A stretch of DNA of 64,000 bases. It comes from Acidimicrobiales bacterium. GTDB lineage: Bacteria; Actinomycetota; Acidimicrobiia; Acidimicrobiales; SZUA-35. The notes below the pieces were generated by a model. That model did not search any database. It was given only the letters and a program-made list of their open reading frames with translations, and was not told where the DNA came from. How positions within the stretch are numbered: the stretch's first letter is position 1; every line of letters begins with the position of its first letter. This document shows, in pieces, positions 1-8,202 of this stretch. Both the position numbers and the translations under genes were made by a program. The stretch lies in NCBI GenBank assembly GCA_020629695.1, contig JAHDCV010000003.1, positions 45,587-109,586 of the forward strand. Reading direction: 5' to 3'.

Positions 1-1813
1 CATCCGGTTGTTCGAAGACCTGCCACGCCGTGCCGGTCTTGCCCGCCACGGTGTAGTTCGGGATCGCCGCGGCTTCGCCGGTGCCGTACTCCACGACCGA
101 GGTCAACATCCGGGTGACCTCTTCGGCCGTCTCGGGTTCGATCACCCGTCGGGTCTGCTGGGCCGGACCCGCGACCTCGTTGCCCTCGTCGTCGATCCGT
201 GAGCGGACGAGGACCGGCGAGACATAGAGACCGTCGTTGGCGATCACGTTGAACGACGACAGGACCTGCACGGCGTTCACGAGCGGACCCTGGCCGATGG
301 CGTTCGAGCCGAGGTCGGCGCCGAACCACTCGTCCGACACCCGTCCCGAGGTCTCGCCCTTGAACCGCAGGCCCGTCGGCTGGCCGAAGCCGAAGTCCGC
401 GACGTACCCCTGCAGCGTCTCGCTCCCGATCGCCCGGGCGGCGGTGATGGTGCCGTTGTTCGAGGAGCGGGCGAGGATCTCGTCGAAGGTGTAGGTCGCC
501 GGCGCGGCGATGTGATCCTCGATGAAGATCTTGTCGCCGAGCTCGATCTCGAGCGGCACCTCGACGTGCGTGCCCGCCGTCCAACCGAGCTCTTCGACCG
601 CAGCGGCGGCGGTCACGATCTTCAGGACCGATCCGGGCTCGAAGGCATCGACCAGCGCGGCGTTGTACCGCGGCACCCGACACTCGCCGTCGGCGTCGCG
701 ATCCACGGTCGCCATCGCGAGCAGTTCACCCGTGGTCGGGTTCGACAGTGCCGCGGTGAGCAGCTGGGCGCCGGTCTCGACACACGTGTCGAGCAGTGAG
801 GCCTCGGTCACGTACTGGAGCCGACTGTCGATCGTGAGGACGACGTCGTAGCCCGACCGGGCCGGGTCGACCTCGTGGAGACCGCCGGTGATGGTGCCGA
901 ACTGACCGCGTTCGGACACGACCGAACCGTCGGAACCCTGGAGGACCTCGTCGAACTGCCACTCGATGCCGTAGATGCCCTCACCACCGGCGTCGACTCG
1001 ACCGACGACACTGCGCGCCAGCGTGCCCGACGGGTAGCTGCGGGCTTCCTCCGATCGGAGGAACACACCCTGGAGCAGCCTGCGGCGATCGGCATCGTCC
1101 CAGAGCGCGGCGACACGCTCGGCGGCGACGGGATCCAGACCGGTGGCGACGGCGCGATACCGATCGTTCGCCTTGACCGGTGTGAGCATCTCGGCCAGTT
1201 CGGCCGGATCCATACCGAGCTCGGGGGCGAGGAGCGCAGCCGCCTCGTCGCGGGTACCCGCCTCGGCGATCATGGCAGGGTCGGCGACGACCATGTCGGT
1301 GGGGCTCGACACGGCGAGCACGTAGCCGGCCCGGTCGAGGATCGCCCCGCGATAGCCGGGCAGCACATCGCTCGTCAGCCGCTGCTCTTCGCCGGCGCGG
1401 GCCAGCCCATCCGGATCGACGGTCTGGAGCTGGGCCAACCAGTAGGACAGCACGACACCCGAGCACAGCACCACGGCGAGCATGACCCGGTGACGGGCCG
1501 CGGTCTCGCCGGATCGACGCCGCTTGGTCCGACGGCGATCCGCCCGTCGACGGTCGGGGCTGTGGGCGATGCCGGCACGGGCCGGGTCGCGCCGGTCCAC
1601 GCCGCGACGCCGGTCCGAGCGATCACGGCGCTCGTCGGCCACGGCCTGGGTCGTCGACCGACGACGAGGGGTGGTCGGCGTCGAGCGGCGCGTCGACGAT
1701 CCGCCTGAACTCGTGCGCCGTTCGCGCTCGGCGCGCCCACGCTCGAGGCGGGCGTTGGGCTCCGACGTCGAACGACGAGGACGGCCCGAGCGGCGATCGC
1801 GGCGTTCGGTCAT
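1..1813 (-). CDS. ftsI: Class B penicillin-binding protein FtsI/PBP-B (transpeptidase), C-terminus cut by window edge
   Basis: Absent from the ORF track because it runs off the edge. The minus frame opens at ATG 1813 (ATGA overlap with the ftsL stop) and stays open to nt 2. My translation gives a TM helix VMLAVVLCSGVVLSYWL followed by the motifs S-V-L-K (EPGSVLKIV), SSN (ARSSNNG) and KTG (VAGKTGTA). Confidence 0.9.
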   Translation of the reverse strand, partial: MTERRDRRSGRPRRSTSEPNARLERGRAERERRTSSGGSSTRRSTPTTPRRRSTTQAVADERRDRSDRRRGVDRRDPARAGIAHSPDRRRADRRRTKRRRSGETAARHRVMLAVVLCSGVVLSYWLAQLQTVDPDGLARAGEEQRLTSDVLPGYRGAILDRAGYVLAVSSPTDMVVADPAMIAEAGTRDEAAALLAPELGMDPAELAEMLTPVKANDRYRAVATGLDPVAAERVAALWDDADRRRLLQGVFLRSEEARSYPSGTLARSVVGRVDAGGEGIYGIEWQFDEVLQGSDGSVVSERGQFGTITGGLHEVDPARSGYDVVLTIDSRLQYVTEASLLDTCVETGAQLLTAALSNPTTGELLAMATVDRDADGECRVPRYNAALVDAFEPGSVLKIVTAAAAVEELGWTAGTHVEVPLEIELGDKIFIEDHIAAPATYTFDEILARSSNNGTITAARAIGSETLQGYVADFGFGQPTGLRFKGETSGRVSDEWFGADLGSNAIGQGPLVNAVQVLSSFNVIANDGLYVSPVLVRSRIDDEGNEVAGPAQQTRRVIEPETAEEVTRMLTSVVEYGTGEAAAIPNYTVAGKTGTAWQVFEQPD

Positions 1814-2202
1814 GGGGCGTCGCCTTCGGCGCGCACGGCGACGAGATACACCGGGTCGTCGGCACGGACCATGCCGAGCGCCTCGGCCCGGGCGATGATG
1901 GTCTCCGGCGAACGAGCGTCGACGAGTTGCTGGACCAGACGGTCCTGCTCCCCCTCGGCTTCGGCGATCTGGAGGCGGACGTCGTCCAGCTCGCGCTGGC
2001 CCTGGACGAGGACGGCCTGGGCGGCCGCCACGACGAAACAGCCCACCATGAACACGATCGCGAGCGCGACGAGCACGCGCCGCTGACGCCGTCGGCGGTT
2101 GACCGCCCGGGCGTCGACCACCTTCAGACTCGGGCGGGAGGACTCCCGGGCCGGCGCGGTCGCCGGAGCGCGACGGGCGGCCTGGGCGCGGCGCTCACTC
2201 AT
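1810..2202 (-). CDS. ftsL: FtsL-like cell division protein (septum formation initiator family)
   Basis: 130 aa with a basic N-terminus, a single TM (VLVALAIVFMVGCFVVAAAQAVLV) and a coiled-coil-like ectodomain. It occupies the conserved slot between rsmH and ftsI, with 4-nt overlaps at both ends. Confidence 0.7.
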   Translation of the reverse strand: MSERRAQAARRAPATAPARESSRPSLKVVDARAVNRRRRQRRVLVALAIVFMVGCFVVAAAQAVLVQGQRELDDVRLQIAEAEGEQDRLVQQLVDARSPETIIARAEALGMVRADDPVYLVAVRAEGDAP

Positions 2203-3200
2203 GCCGCCACCCGCCCCGCGACGCGGGTCAGACCTCGGAGACGGGCCGACCGGGCGCGTGGGTTGCGCTCGAGCTCGGCATCGGAGGGACGCCGGCCGAG
2301 CGGCCGGTGTGCGGTGAATTCCTGGCTCGCCGCCACGGCGAGCCCGACCGGCACGGTGTCGGCGGTGCGATCCCGGATCACGGCCTTGGCGATCCGGTCC
2401 TCGCCGGAGTGATAGGTGAGGACGAGGCCACGTCCGCCGACATCGAGGCGATCGGTCGCGGCATCGAGCGCGGGCTCGAGGATCGTGAGCTCGTCGTTCA
2501 CCTCGATCCGGATGGCCTGGAAGGTCCGCTTCGCCGGGTGGCCACCCGTGCGTCGCGCCGCAGCGGGGATGGCGTTCACGACGATGTCGGCGAGGACCGC
2601 GGTGGTCTCGATCGGGCGGGCGGCGATGATCGCCGACGCGATCCGTCCGGCGAAGCGCTCGTCGCCGTAGCGGGACAGGATCCGGGCGAGCTCACCGTGG
2701 TTGCTGTCGTTCACGACGTCGGCGGCGGTGCGCACCGCATCGGGGCCCATGCGCATGTCGAGTGGGCCGTCGTTGCGAAACGAGAATCCCCGTTCGGCGT
2801 GATCGAGCTGGGGGGACGACACGCCGAGGTCGAACAGGAACCCGGCGATCACATCGACACCGGCGGCATCGAGGGCCTCGTCCAGCCGGTCGAAGCGCAG
2901 CCGATGCAGCGAGACCCGATCGGCGTGCGGGCGCAGTCGTTCGCCGGCCACGCGCAGCGCGACCGGATCGCGGTCGAGGGCGACGAGGCGGAGGTCGTCC
3001 CGGGCGTCGAGCACGGCCTTCGCATGACCGGCACCGCCGAGGGTCAGATCGAGCCAGACGCCGGCGGGAGCGAGGCGGGCCTCGTCGACGATCTCGTCGC
3101 ACATCACCGGGGTGTGATCGAAGGCCGACTGCCCACGATCGGCGTCCTCTTCGGGAGCGTTCGTGGCTGTCTCGCTTCGAATCGCTCGCTCGTGGGTCAT
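2199..3200 (-). CDS. rsmH: 16S rRNA (cytosine1402-N4)-methyltransferase RsmH/MraW
   Basis: Motifs HTPVM, DLTLGGAGHA, FDLGVSSPQLD and TYHSGEDR. The track ORF extends to 3329, but ATG 3200 gives a normal-length N-terminus, so the start is uncertain. Confidence 0.92.
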   Translation of the reverse strand: MTHERAIRSETATNAPEEDADRGQSAFDHTPVMCDEIVDEARLAPAGVWLDLTLGGAGHAKAVLDARDDLRLVALDRDPVALRVAGERLRPHADRVSLHRLRFDRLDEALDAAGVDVIAGFLFDLGVSSPQLDHAERGFSFRNDGPLDMRMGPDAVRTAADVVNDSNHGELARILSRYGDERFAGRIASAIIAARPIETTAVLADIVVNAIPAAARRTGGHPAKRTFQAIRIEVNDELTILEPALDAATDRLDVGGRGLVLTYHSGEDRIAKAVIRDRTADTVPVGLAVAASQEFTAHRPLGRRPSDAELERNPRARSARLRGLTRVAGRVAA

Positions 3201-3434
3201 GGTCCGCCGTGGCGCCGCTCGTCGGCCATGTCGTTCATCGGTAACCCCCCGGATGGCATCGCATGGCCGGGATGTCTCCCCGGTCCATGCTCGATGGATG
3301 CGGGCGGAGTTGTGGGGCAGAAGTTCCATCTACACCACCCGGAGGGCAACCGATGAACGAATGGCGGCGGCTGCCGATCCCTTCGTTGTCTGTGTTGTTG
3401 TGCGTTCTGTGTTCTTGGTTTGAAGGGGACGGGT

Positions 3435-3863
3435 TCAGTCGAAACCGAGGGACACGATCGAGTTGGCGAGTGACTCGGCCGACTCGTCGATCTCCTGGGT
3501 CTCCGTGAAGACCTGTTTGGGCCAGATCTCGACCCGCTTGTATCCGCCGGCCAGGACGACCTGGGATTCGAATCCCATCCCGTCCAGGAGGTCCCTCGGC
3601 AGGGTGATGCGGCCGGCTGCGTCCAAACGGACTTCCCTGACCTTGCGCATCATCCGCCGGAAGGCACCCGGCTCCATTTCGTTCGCTTCGACCGCCTTCG
3701 CGGCCTTGGCGGCAATCCTCTCGAATTCGCTTTCACTCCAGAGTCCGAGACAGCCATCCAGCACCGTGACGTAGCCACGTTCCGCAACGTGGGCACGGAA
3801 GGGCGCCGGCAGCACGACTCGACCTTTTGCATCGAGTGAGTGCTCGTATTCGCCGACGAACAA
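3435..3863 (-). CDS. mraZ: Transcriptional regulator MraZ
   Basis: The last 142 aa of track ORF 3435..4220 are MraZ, with two SpoVT/AbrB-like repeats (LDAKGRVVLPAPFR and LDAAGRITLPRDL). TTG at 3863 yields M-FVGEYEHSLDAKGR, the canonical N-terminus and length. The upstream part of the ORF is Pro/Gly/Arg-rich non-coding-looking sequence. Confidence 0.9.
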   Translation of the reverse strand: MFVGEYEHSLDAKGRVVLPAPFRAHVAERGYVTVLDGCLGLWSESEFERIAAKAAKAVEANEMEPGAFRRMMRKVREVRLDAAGRITLPRDLLDGMGFESQVVLAGGYKRVEIWPKQVFTETQEIDESAESLANSIVSLGFD

Positions 3864-3939
3864 GTCCGCACCTTCGTCCCGGTCACCGGGTGTCTTCTCC
3901 AACTCGGGGACCAGCTTCGGCGTGAACCTGGGCTGCTCC

Positions 3940-3974
3940 CCCACTGCGACCCACCATATGCCTCGACCCCCCAC
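3940..3974 (-). promoter_or_regulatory. Proximal cluster of three phased GTGGG direct repeats (candidate MraZ operator)
   Basis: CCCAC on the plus strand at 3940-3944, 3950-3954 and 3970-3974 (GTGGG on the minus strand), with 10- and 20-bp spacing. The boxes overlap the candidate -10, the spacer and the TSS region. Confidence 0.5.
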
Positions 3975-3981
3975 CGGACAA
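3953..3981 (-). promoter_or_regulatory. Candidate dcw/mraZ promoter (-35 TTGTCC, 17-nt spacer, -10 TATGGT)
   Basis: On the minus strand, TTGTCC (3981-3976) and TATGGT (3958-3953) are separated by 17 nt, about 90 nt upstream of the mraZ TTG. The -10 fits the actinobacterial TAnnnT pattern. Confidence 0.4.
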
Positions 3982-4023
3982 GCTTTCCCTGACACTTTTC
4001 GTGACCCCACAACCACCGAACGT

Positions 4024-4039
4024 GAGAACAGTTGTTCGA
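4024..4039. promoter_or_regulatory. SOS-box-like inverted repeat GAGAAC-AGTT-GTTCGA
   Basis: GAAC (4026-4029), N4, then GTTCGA (4034-4039). The right half is identical to the actinobacterial LexA consensus TCGAAC-N4-GTTCGA. The left half keeps the GAAC core but has GA instead of TC. Confidence 0.3.
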
Positions 4040-4156
4040 TCCACGGACCGGGGGCAGCACACACGCTGCGGAAAAACACGCGTGTGATTCCCGTGGGGCG
4101 AGGTGGTGGGTGGAGGGGGATTTTTTCTGCCGGTTCCCGGATCGATGGGACGACGC

Positions 4157-4220
4157 CCCACGGACGCCCCGATCCCCCACCACACCCCACCGGCGACCGG
4201 ACGATCCGAACCGCTCCCAC
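4157..4220 (-). promoter_or_regulatory. Distal cluster of four GTGGG direct repeats
   Basis: CCCAC on the plus strand at 4157-4161, 4176-4180, 4186-4190 and 4216-4220, with spacings of 19, 10 and 30 bp. It lies just upstream of the divergent lipoate-ligase-like gene start (4246). Confidence 0.3.
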
Positions 4221-4245
4221 CGGGCGGCGTGGCTACGGTGCGGCC

Positions 4246-4953
4246 ATGTCCGGGCCCGAGAACGCACCGACGACCGGACGTGTCGGCCGATGGAGCGTGA
4301 CCCGGACCCGCGGGCCTGCGGCCTCACTGCACGAGCGACCCGTGCCCGATCACGTGGTGCCGTCGGTGTGGGTCCACCAAACGACACGCCCTGCGCTCGT
4401 CCTGGGGTCCACCCAACCGCTCGAGCTCGTCCACATCGACGCCGCAGCGGCAGCCGGCGTCGAGATCTGCCGCCGCCGGAGTGGTGGCGGCCTGGTCCCG
4501 ATCGAACCCGAGTCGAACCTCTGGGTCGATGTCGTCGTGCCGTCCGGGGACCCGCTGTGGCACGACGACATCGGTCGATCGTTCGAGTGGCTGGGTCGCG
4601 TGTGGGCTGATGCGTTGCGCGACATCGGCGTCGAGTCGACGGTCACGGTCGGTCGCTGGCAGCCCGGACCACTCGGCCGACTGTGGTGCTTCGCCGGCCT
4701 CGGGCCGGGCGAGGTCGTGGCCCGAGGCCGGAAGGTCGTCGGACTGTCGCAACGCCGGACCCGCACCGCGGCACGGTTCCAGACGATGGCCATGACGGCG
4801 CCACACCCTCCCTGGGCCGACGTCCTGCTGGATGCGGACCGGGCGGCGGCGCTCACCGACGGCGACCCCTCGAGTGACCCGATTCCCGCCGGCATGTCCC
4901 TCGATCGACACGATCTCGAACGAGCGCTGCTCGAACGGATCGCCGAACGCTGA
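4246..4953 (+). CDS. Lipoate/biotin protein ligase-family (BPL_LplA_LipB catalytic domain) protein
   Basis: In-frame ATG at 4246 inside track ORF 3922..4953. Motifs RRRSGGGLV (LplA-type RRxSGGG) and GRKVVGLSQRR (ligase lysine context). The upstream ORF part overlaps the mraZ promoter region and looks non-coding. Confidence 0.7.
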   Translation: MSGPENAPTTGRVGRWSVTRTRGPAASLHERPVPDHVVPSVWVHQTTRPALVLGSTQPLELVHIDAAAAAGVEICRRRSGGGLVPIEPESNLWVDVVVPSGDPLWHDDIGRSFEWLGRVWADALRDIGVESTVTVGRWQPGPLGRLWCFAGLGPGEVVARGRKVVGLSQRRTRTAARFQTMAMTAPHPPWADVLLDADRAAALTDGDPSSDPIPAGMSLDRHDLERALLERIAER

Positions 4954-4965
4954 GCCGGGACGGGT

Positions 4966-5475
4966 TCAGGCCGCGGCCAGGTCGGGCGTGGGCACGTAGG
5001 GCGCCCAGCTCTCGGGGATCGATCCGTTCGACAGCCAGGTCCAGAGCCGATGCGCCGGAGGCCGCGGCAGTGCCCGAAGGGTGAGGTTCGTCGACGCGAG
5101 CAGCTTGTCGCTCTTCCGGGTGTTACACGGGCGACACGCCGCCACGACGTTGTCCCAACTGTGACGGCCACCCCGGGACTTCGGGATCACGTGGTCGACC
5201 GAGTCCGCACGACCACCGCAGTACTGACACCGTCCCCCGTCGCGCAACAGCACGGCCTTGCGGGACAGCGGCACCGTGGCGCGGTGGGGAATCCGCACGT
5301 ACTGACGGACTCTGGCCACCGCCGGCACCGGAACCGATCCCGTCGCGCTCCGGAAGTGCTGACCGCTCTCGGCCACGACGTCGACCCGATCGGCGAGCGT
5401 GAGGGTGACGGCACGGCGCGACGACACCACGCTGAGCGGCTCGTTCGTCACGTTGAGAATCAGGCACCGCCCCAT
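4966..5475 (-). CDS. HNH endonuclease
   Basis: CQYCGGRADSVDHVIPKSRGGRHSWDNVVAACRPCNTRK is an HNH/zinc-finger motif. The start is taken at MGRCLILNVTNEPL (ATG 5475); the track ORF extends to 5544. Confidence 0.85.
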   Translation of the reverse strand: MGRCLILNVTNEPLSVVSSRRAVTLTLADRVDVVAESGQHFRSATGSVPVPAVARVRQYVRIPHRATVPLSRKAVLLRDGGRCQYCGGRADSVDHVIPKSRGGRHSWDNVVAACRPCNTRKSDKLLASTNLTLRALPRPPAHRLWTWLSNGSIPESWAPYVPTPDLAAA

Positions 5476-5581
5476 GACCGAACGGTAGCCCTCCTGGCGA
5501 GGTCCGGTCGGCCGAATTGGCGACCGTCGACCGGATCGGCCCACTTGTGACGCTCTTGACCGCTCGGTCTAGATTGGCGCC

Positions 5582-6829
5582 ATGCAGCCGACGTACACCG
5601 CTGAAGCCGAGACGTTCCGCGAGAAGATCCAGGCCTTCCTCTCCGAGCACCTGCCCGCCGACTGGCAGGGAATCGGAGCGCTCGACCACGACGCCGCCAT
5701 GCAGTTCACGGGCGAGTGGCGCGACATCCTGCGCGACAACAAGCTCCTCGCCGCGAACTGGCCGGAGGCCTACGGCGGTGCCGGGTTGACGGCGCTCGAG
5801 TCGGTGATCATGGCCGAGGAGTTCCAGAAGGCCGGTGTGCCGACGGGCGGGCCGAACGACGTGTTCGGCATCCAGATGGTCGGCAACACGATCATCCAGT
5901 GGGGCACCGAGGAACAGAAGCAACACTTCCTGCCCCGCATCATCTCCGGCGAGGACACCTGGTGCCAGGGCTACTCCGAGCCGAACGCCGGCTCGGATCT
6001 CGGCAACCTCGGCTGCAAGGCCGAGCTCGACGGCGACGAATGGGTGATCAACGGCCAGAAGATCTGGACCTCGGCCGGCCATCTCGCCGACTGGATCTTC
6101 GTGCTCACCCGCACCGACGCCGAAGCGGCGAAGCACCGCGGCATCACGTTCCTGCTCGTGCCGATGGACCAGCCGGGCGTCGAGGTCCGACCGATCCAGA
6201 TGATCTCGGGTGAGTCCGAGTTCAACGAGGTCTTCTTCGACGATGCGAAGTGCGCGAAGGAGAACGTGATCGGTGAGGTCAACGGCGGCTGGGCCGTCGC
6301 CATGACCCTCCTCGGGTACGAGCGCGGCGAAGCCGCGGCGACCACGCCGGTCGCCTTCAAGGGCGAGATCGATCGCCTGCTCCAGATGGCGATCGAACGG
6401 GGCGTGAACGACGACCCGGCGATCCGCCAACGTCTCGCATGGTGCTATTCGAAGGTCGAGATCATGCGCTACCTCGGCATGCGGACCCTCACGAAGTTCC
6501 TCCAGGGCGAACATCCGGGCCCCGATGCCTCGATCTTCAAGCTGTACTGGTCCGAGTACCACCAGAAGGTCACCGAGCTCGCCGTGGACATCCTCGGGGC
6601 CGACGCCCTGCACTGGGAGGGCCAGCTCCCGTCGAGCAGCTTCTCGACCGACTCCAAGGGTGCCGCCAACAGCTCGGGTTCGTGGGTCGGCACCTTCCTC
6701 AACGCTCGCGCCGGCACGATCTACGCCGGCACCTCCCAGGTCCAGTCGAACATCATCGGCGAGATGGTCCTCGGCCTCCCCAAGGAACCGAAGGCCGACA
6801 AGGGCCCCTGGAACAAGATCCCCAAGTAG
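5582..6829 (+). CDS. Acyl-CoA dehydrogenase
   Basis: 415 aa with WCQGYSEPNAGSDL and other typical ACAD N-terminal, middle and C-terminal domain patterns (GxxWxTxA-like INGQKIWTSAG). Confidence 0.9.
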   Translation: MQPTYTAEAETFREKIQAFLSEHLPADWQGIGALDHDAAMQFTGEWRDILRDNKLLAANWPEAYGGAGLTALESVIMAEEFQKAGVPTGGPNDVFGIQMVGNTIIQWGTEEQKQHFLPRIISGEDTWCQGYSEPNAGSDLGNLGCKAELDGDEWVINGQKIWTSAGHLADWIFVLTRTDAEAAKHRGITFLLVPMDQPGVEVRPIQMISGESEFNEVFFDDAKCAKENVIGEVNGGWAVAMTLLGYERGEAAATTPVAFKGEIDRLLQMAIERGVNDDPAIRQRLAWCYSKVEIMRYLGMRTLTKFLQGEHPGPDASIFKLYWSEYHQKVTELAVDILGADALHWEGQLPSSSFSTDSKGAANSSGSWVGTFLNARAGTIYAGTSQVQSNIIGEMVLGLPKEPKADKGPWNKIPK

Positions 6830-6861
6830 TGGTTCGGCTCGCTGGGGCTCACCTCACGTAC

Positions 6862-6890
6862 CGAGTTCCTCGCCAGGGGCTCGGAACTCG
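6862..6890 (+). terminator. Hairpin downstream of the acyl-CoA dehydrogenase gene
   Basis: 8-bp arms CGAGTTCC / GGAACTCG with a 13-nt loop and no U-tract. Confidence 0.25.
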
Positions 6891-6912
6891 CCGTCGCCCG
6901 TAGGGTGGAGTC

Positions 6913-7161
6913 GTGATCGAGGGTCTCAGTCGGGAAGCCGTCGTCGCCTTGGCGCGGCGGCCGGATCTGTGGGCGACGGCGGCGAAGGCCACCGGTGGGC
7001 TCGCGCCGCGGGGCTGGTGGCGACGCGCACCGTTCCTGCCCCTGCCGGACCACGACTGGCTGCACTTCCGCCTCGTGACGGCCTACGGCGGGGACGGATC
7101 CGCCCCGATGCGTGGTGAGGATCTGGTCACCTGGCTCGAGTGGGTGAAGCGGACGTCGTGA
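6913..7161 (+). CDS. Small hypothetical protein (82 aa)
   Basis: GTG-start ORF with GC3-rich codon usage consistent with coding. I recognise no motif. Confidence 0.5.
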   Translation: MIEGLSREAVVALARRPDLWATAAKATGGLAPRGWWRRAPFLPLPDHDWLHFRLVTAYGGDGSAPMRGEDLVTWLEWVKRTS

Positions 7162-7165
7162 CCCG

Positions 7166-7186
7166 TCGACCTCGACCAGAGGTCGA
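7166..7186. terminator. Hairpin between convergent genes (bidirectional terminator candidate)
   Basis: TCGACCTC-GACCA-GAGGTCGA, an 8-bp perfect stem with a 5-nt loop, in the 33-bp gap between the stops at 7161 (+) and 7195 (-). Confidence 0.4.
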
Positions 7187-7194
7187 GTGTCCGA

Positions 7195-8100
7195 TCAGCG
7201 CGGCCCCGACCAACCGGGCAGCTGTCGGAAGGCGACCGCGGCCGCACCGATCAACGGACCGTCGGCGCCCAGACCGGCCGGCACGATCCGGGTCCCGCGG
7301 CTGAAGTCGAGCTGGCAGATCCGGTCGACCTCGGCCTGTGCCGCAGCGAAGAAGTCCTCGCCGAAGCCGAGCGCCACCGAGCCGGCCACGACGGCGAGGC
7401 GGAGATCCAGGAGGTTCGCCACGGATCCGACCGCGCGGCCGACCAGTCGGCCGGTCTCCACTCGGACCTCGAGGTCCAGCTCCGCCGCGGGTCGGCCGTG
7501 ATGGTGGGCGAGGGCGGTTCCCGACGCCTCGGCCTCGAGCACGCCCGTCACGTGATCCGGAAGTGCGCGCCCGTCGTCGGCGACGACCACATGGCCGATG
7601 TGTCCGGCGTTGCCCGCCGCACCATCGAGTAGCCGTCCGTCCAACACGATCCCGCCACCGACACCGGTCGACACAACCATCGCCAGGTAGTCGTCGACAC
7701 CCGCGGCCGCTCCCACCCACCCTTCGGCGAGGGCGAGCGCCTTGGCGTCGTTGTCGCACCACGTCGGGACCTCGACGTGTGCGGCGACCCGGGCGCGCAG
7801 CGGCACATCACGCCAGGCCGGGATGTTGAGCGGCGAGACCAGCTCGCCGCCCGCCGTCATGGGTCCGCCACAGCCGATGCCGCACCCGAGCAGGCCGTCC
7901 GGTCGTTCGAGGTCGTCGAGCAGGTCGAACACGACACCGATGAGACCCTCTTCGTCCAGATCGGGACGAGGTACCCGACGTTGGTCGAGGATCCGACCGT
8001 CGGCGTCGACCGCTCCGACGGCGAACTTCGTGCCGCCGATGTCGACCGCGAGAACGGGACCGGTCGTCGCCGGTCGGTCGGTCGGAACTCGATCACGCAC
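7195..8100 (-). CDS. ROK-family sugar kinase
   Basis: N-terminal VLAVDIGGTKFAVG (ATPase phosphate-1), a GNAGHIGH ROK signature and a Cys/Gly-rich GCGIGCGGP segment. No N-terminal HTH, so a kinase rather than a repressor. Confidence 0.85.
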   Translation of the reverse strand: MRDRVPTDRPATTGPVLAVDIGGTKFAVGAVDADGRILDQRRVPRPDLDEEGLIGVVFDLLDDLERPDGLLGCGIGCGGPMTAGGELVSPLNIPAWRDVPLRARVAAHVEVPTWCDNDAKALALAEGWVGAAAGVDDYLAMVVSTGVGGGIVLDGRLLDGAAGNAGHIGHVVVADDGRALPDHVTGVLEAEASGTALAHHHGRPAAELDLEVRVETGRLVGRAVGSVANLLDLRLAVVAGSVALGFGEDFFAAAQAEVDRICQLDFSRGTRIVPAGLGADGPLIGAAAVAFRQLPGWSGPR

Positions 8101-8202
8101 GTGCCGACCCTAACGAGCCGCCCGACGTAGCTCCGGCCCGACCCGCCTGCGCCTCGTCAGGCTTGTACGATCCCGAGCGCCGCCGGCCCGAAGGACGACC
8201 AC

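Noticed and set aside
3563-3576. 14-bp perfect palindrome GGGATTCGAATCCC resembling a tRNA T-arm
   Set aside because: It lies inside the mraZ coding frame (GMGFESQ). It has no acceptor, D-arm or anticodon-arm context and its loop length is wrong for a T-loop. It is not a tRNA.
3435-4387. Extended ORFs over the mraZ upstream region (3435-4220, 3650-4387, 3883-4185, and 3922-4953 up to 4245)
   Set aside because: MraZ homology begins exactly at TTG 3863. The remainder is Pro/Gly/Arg/Trp-rich, overlaps in several frames, and coincides with the GTGGG repeat arrays and the promoter. I interpret it as a non-coding regulatory region.
4966-5475. HNH endonuclease, considered as a mobile or homing element or part of a defence system
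   Set aside because: It stands alone with no flanking repeats, no intron or intein context, and no partner methyltransferase or other defence gene. Its GC content and codon usage match the surroundings.
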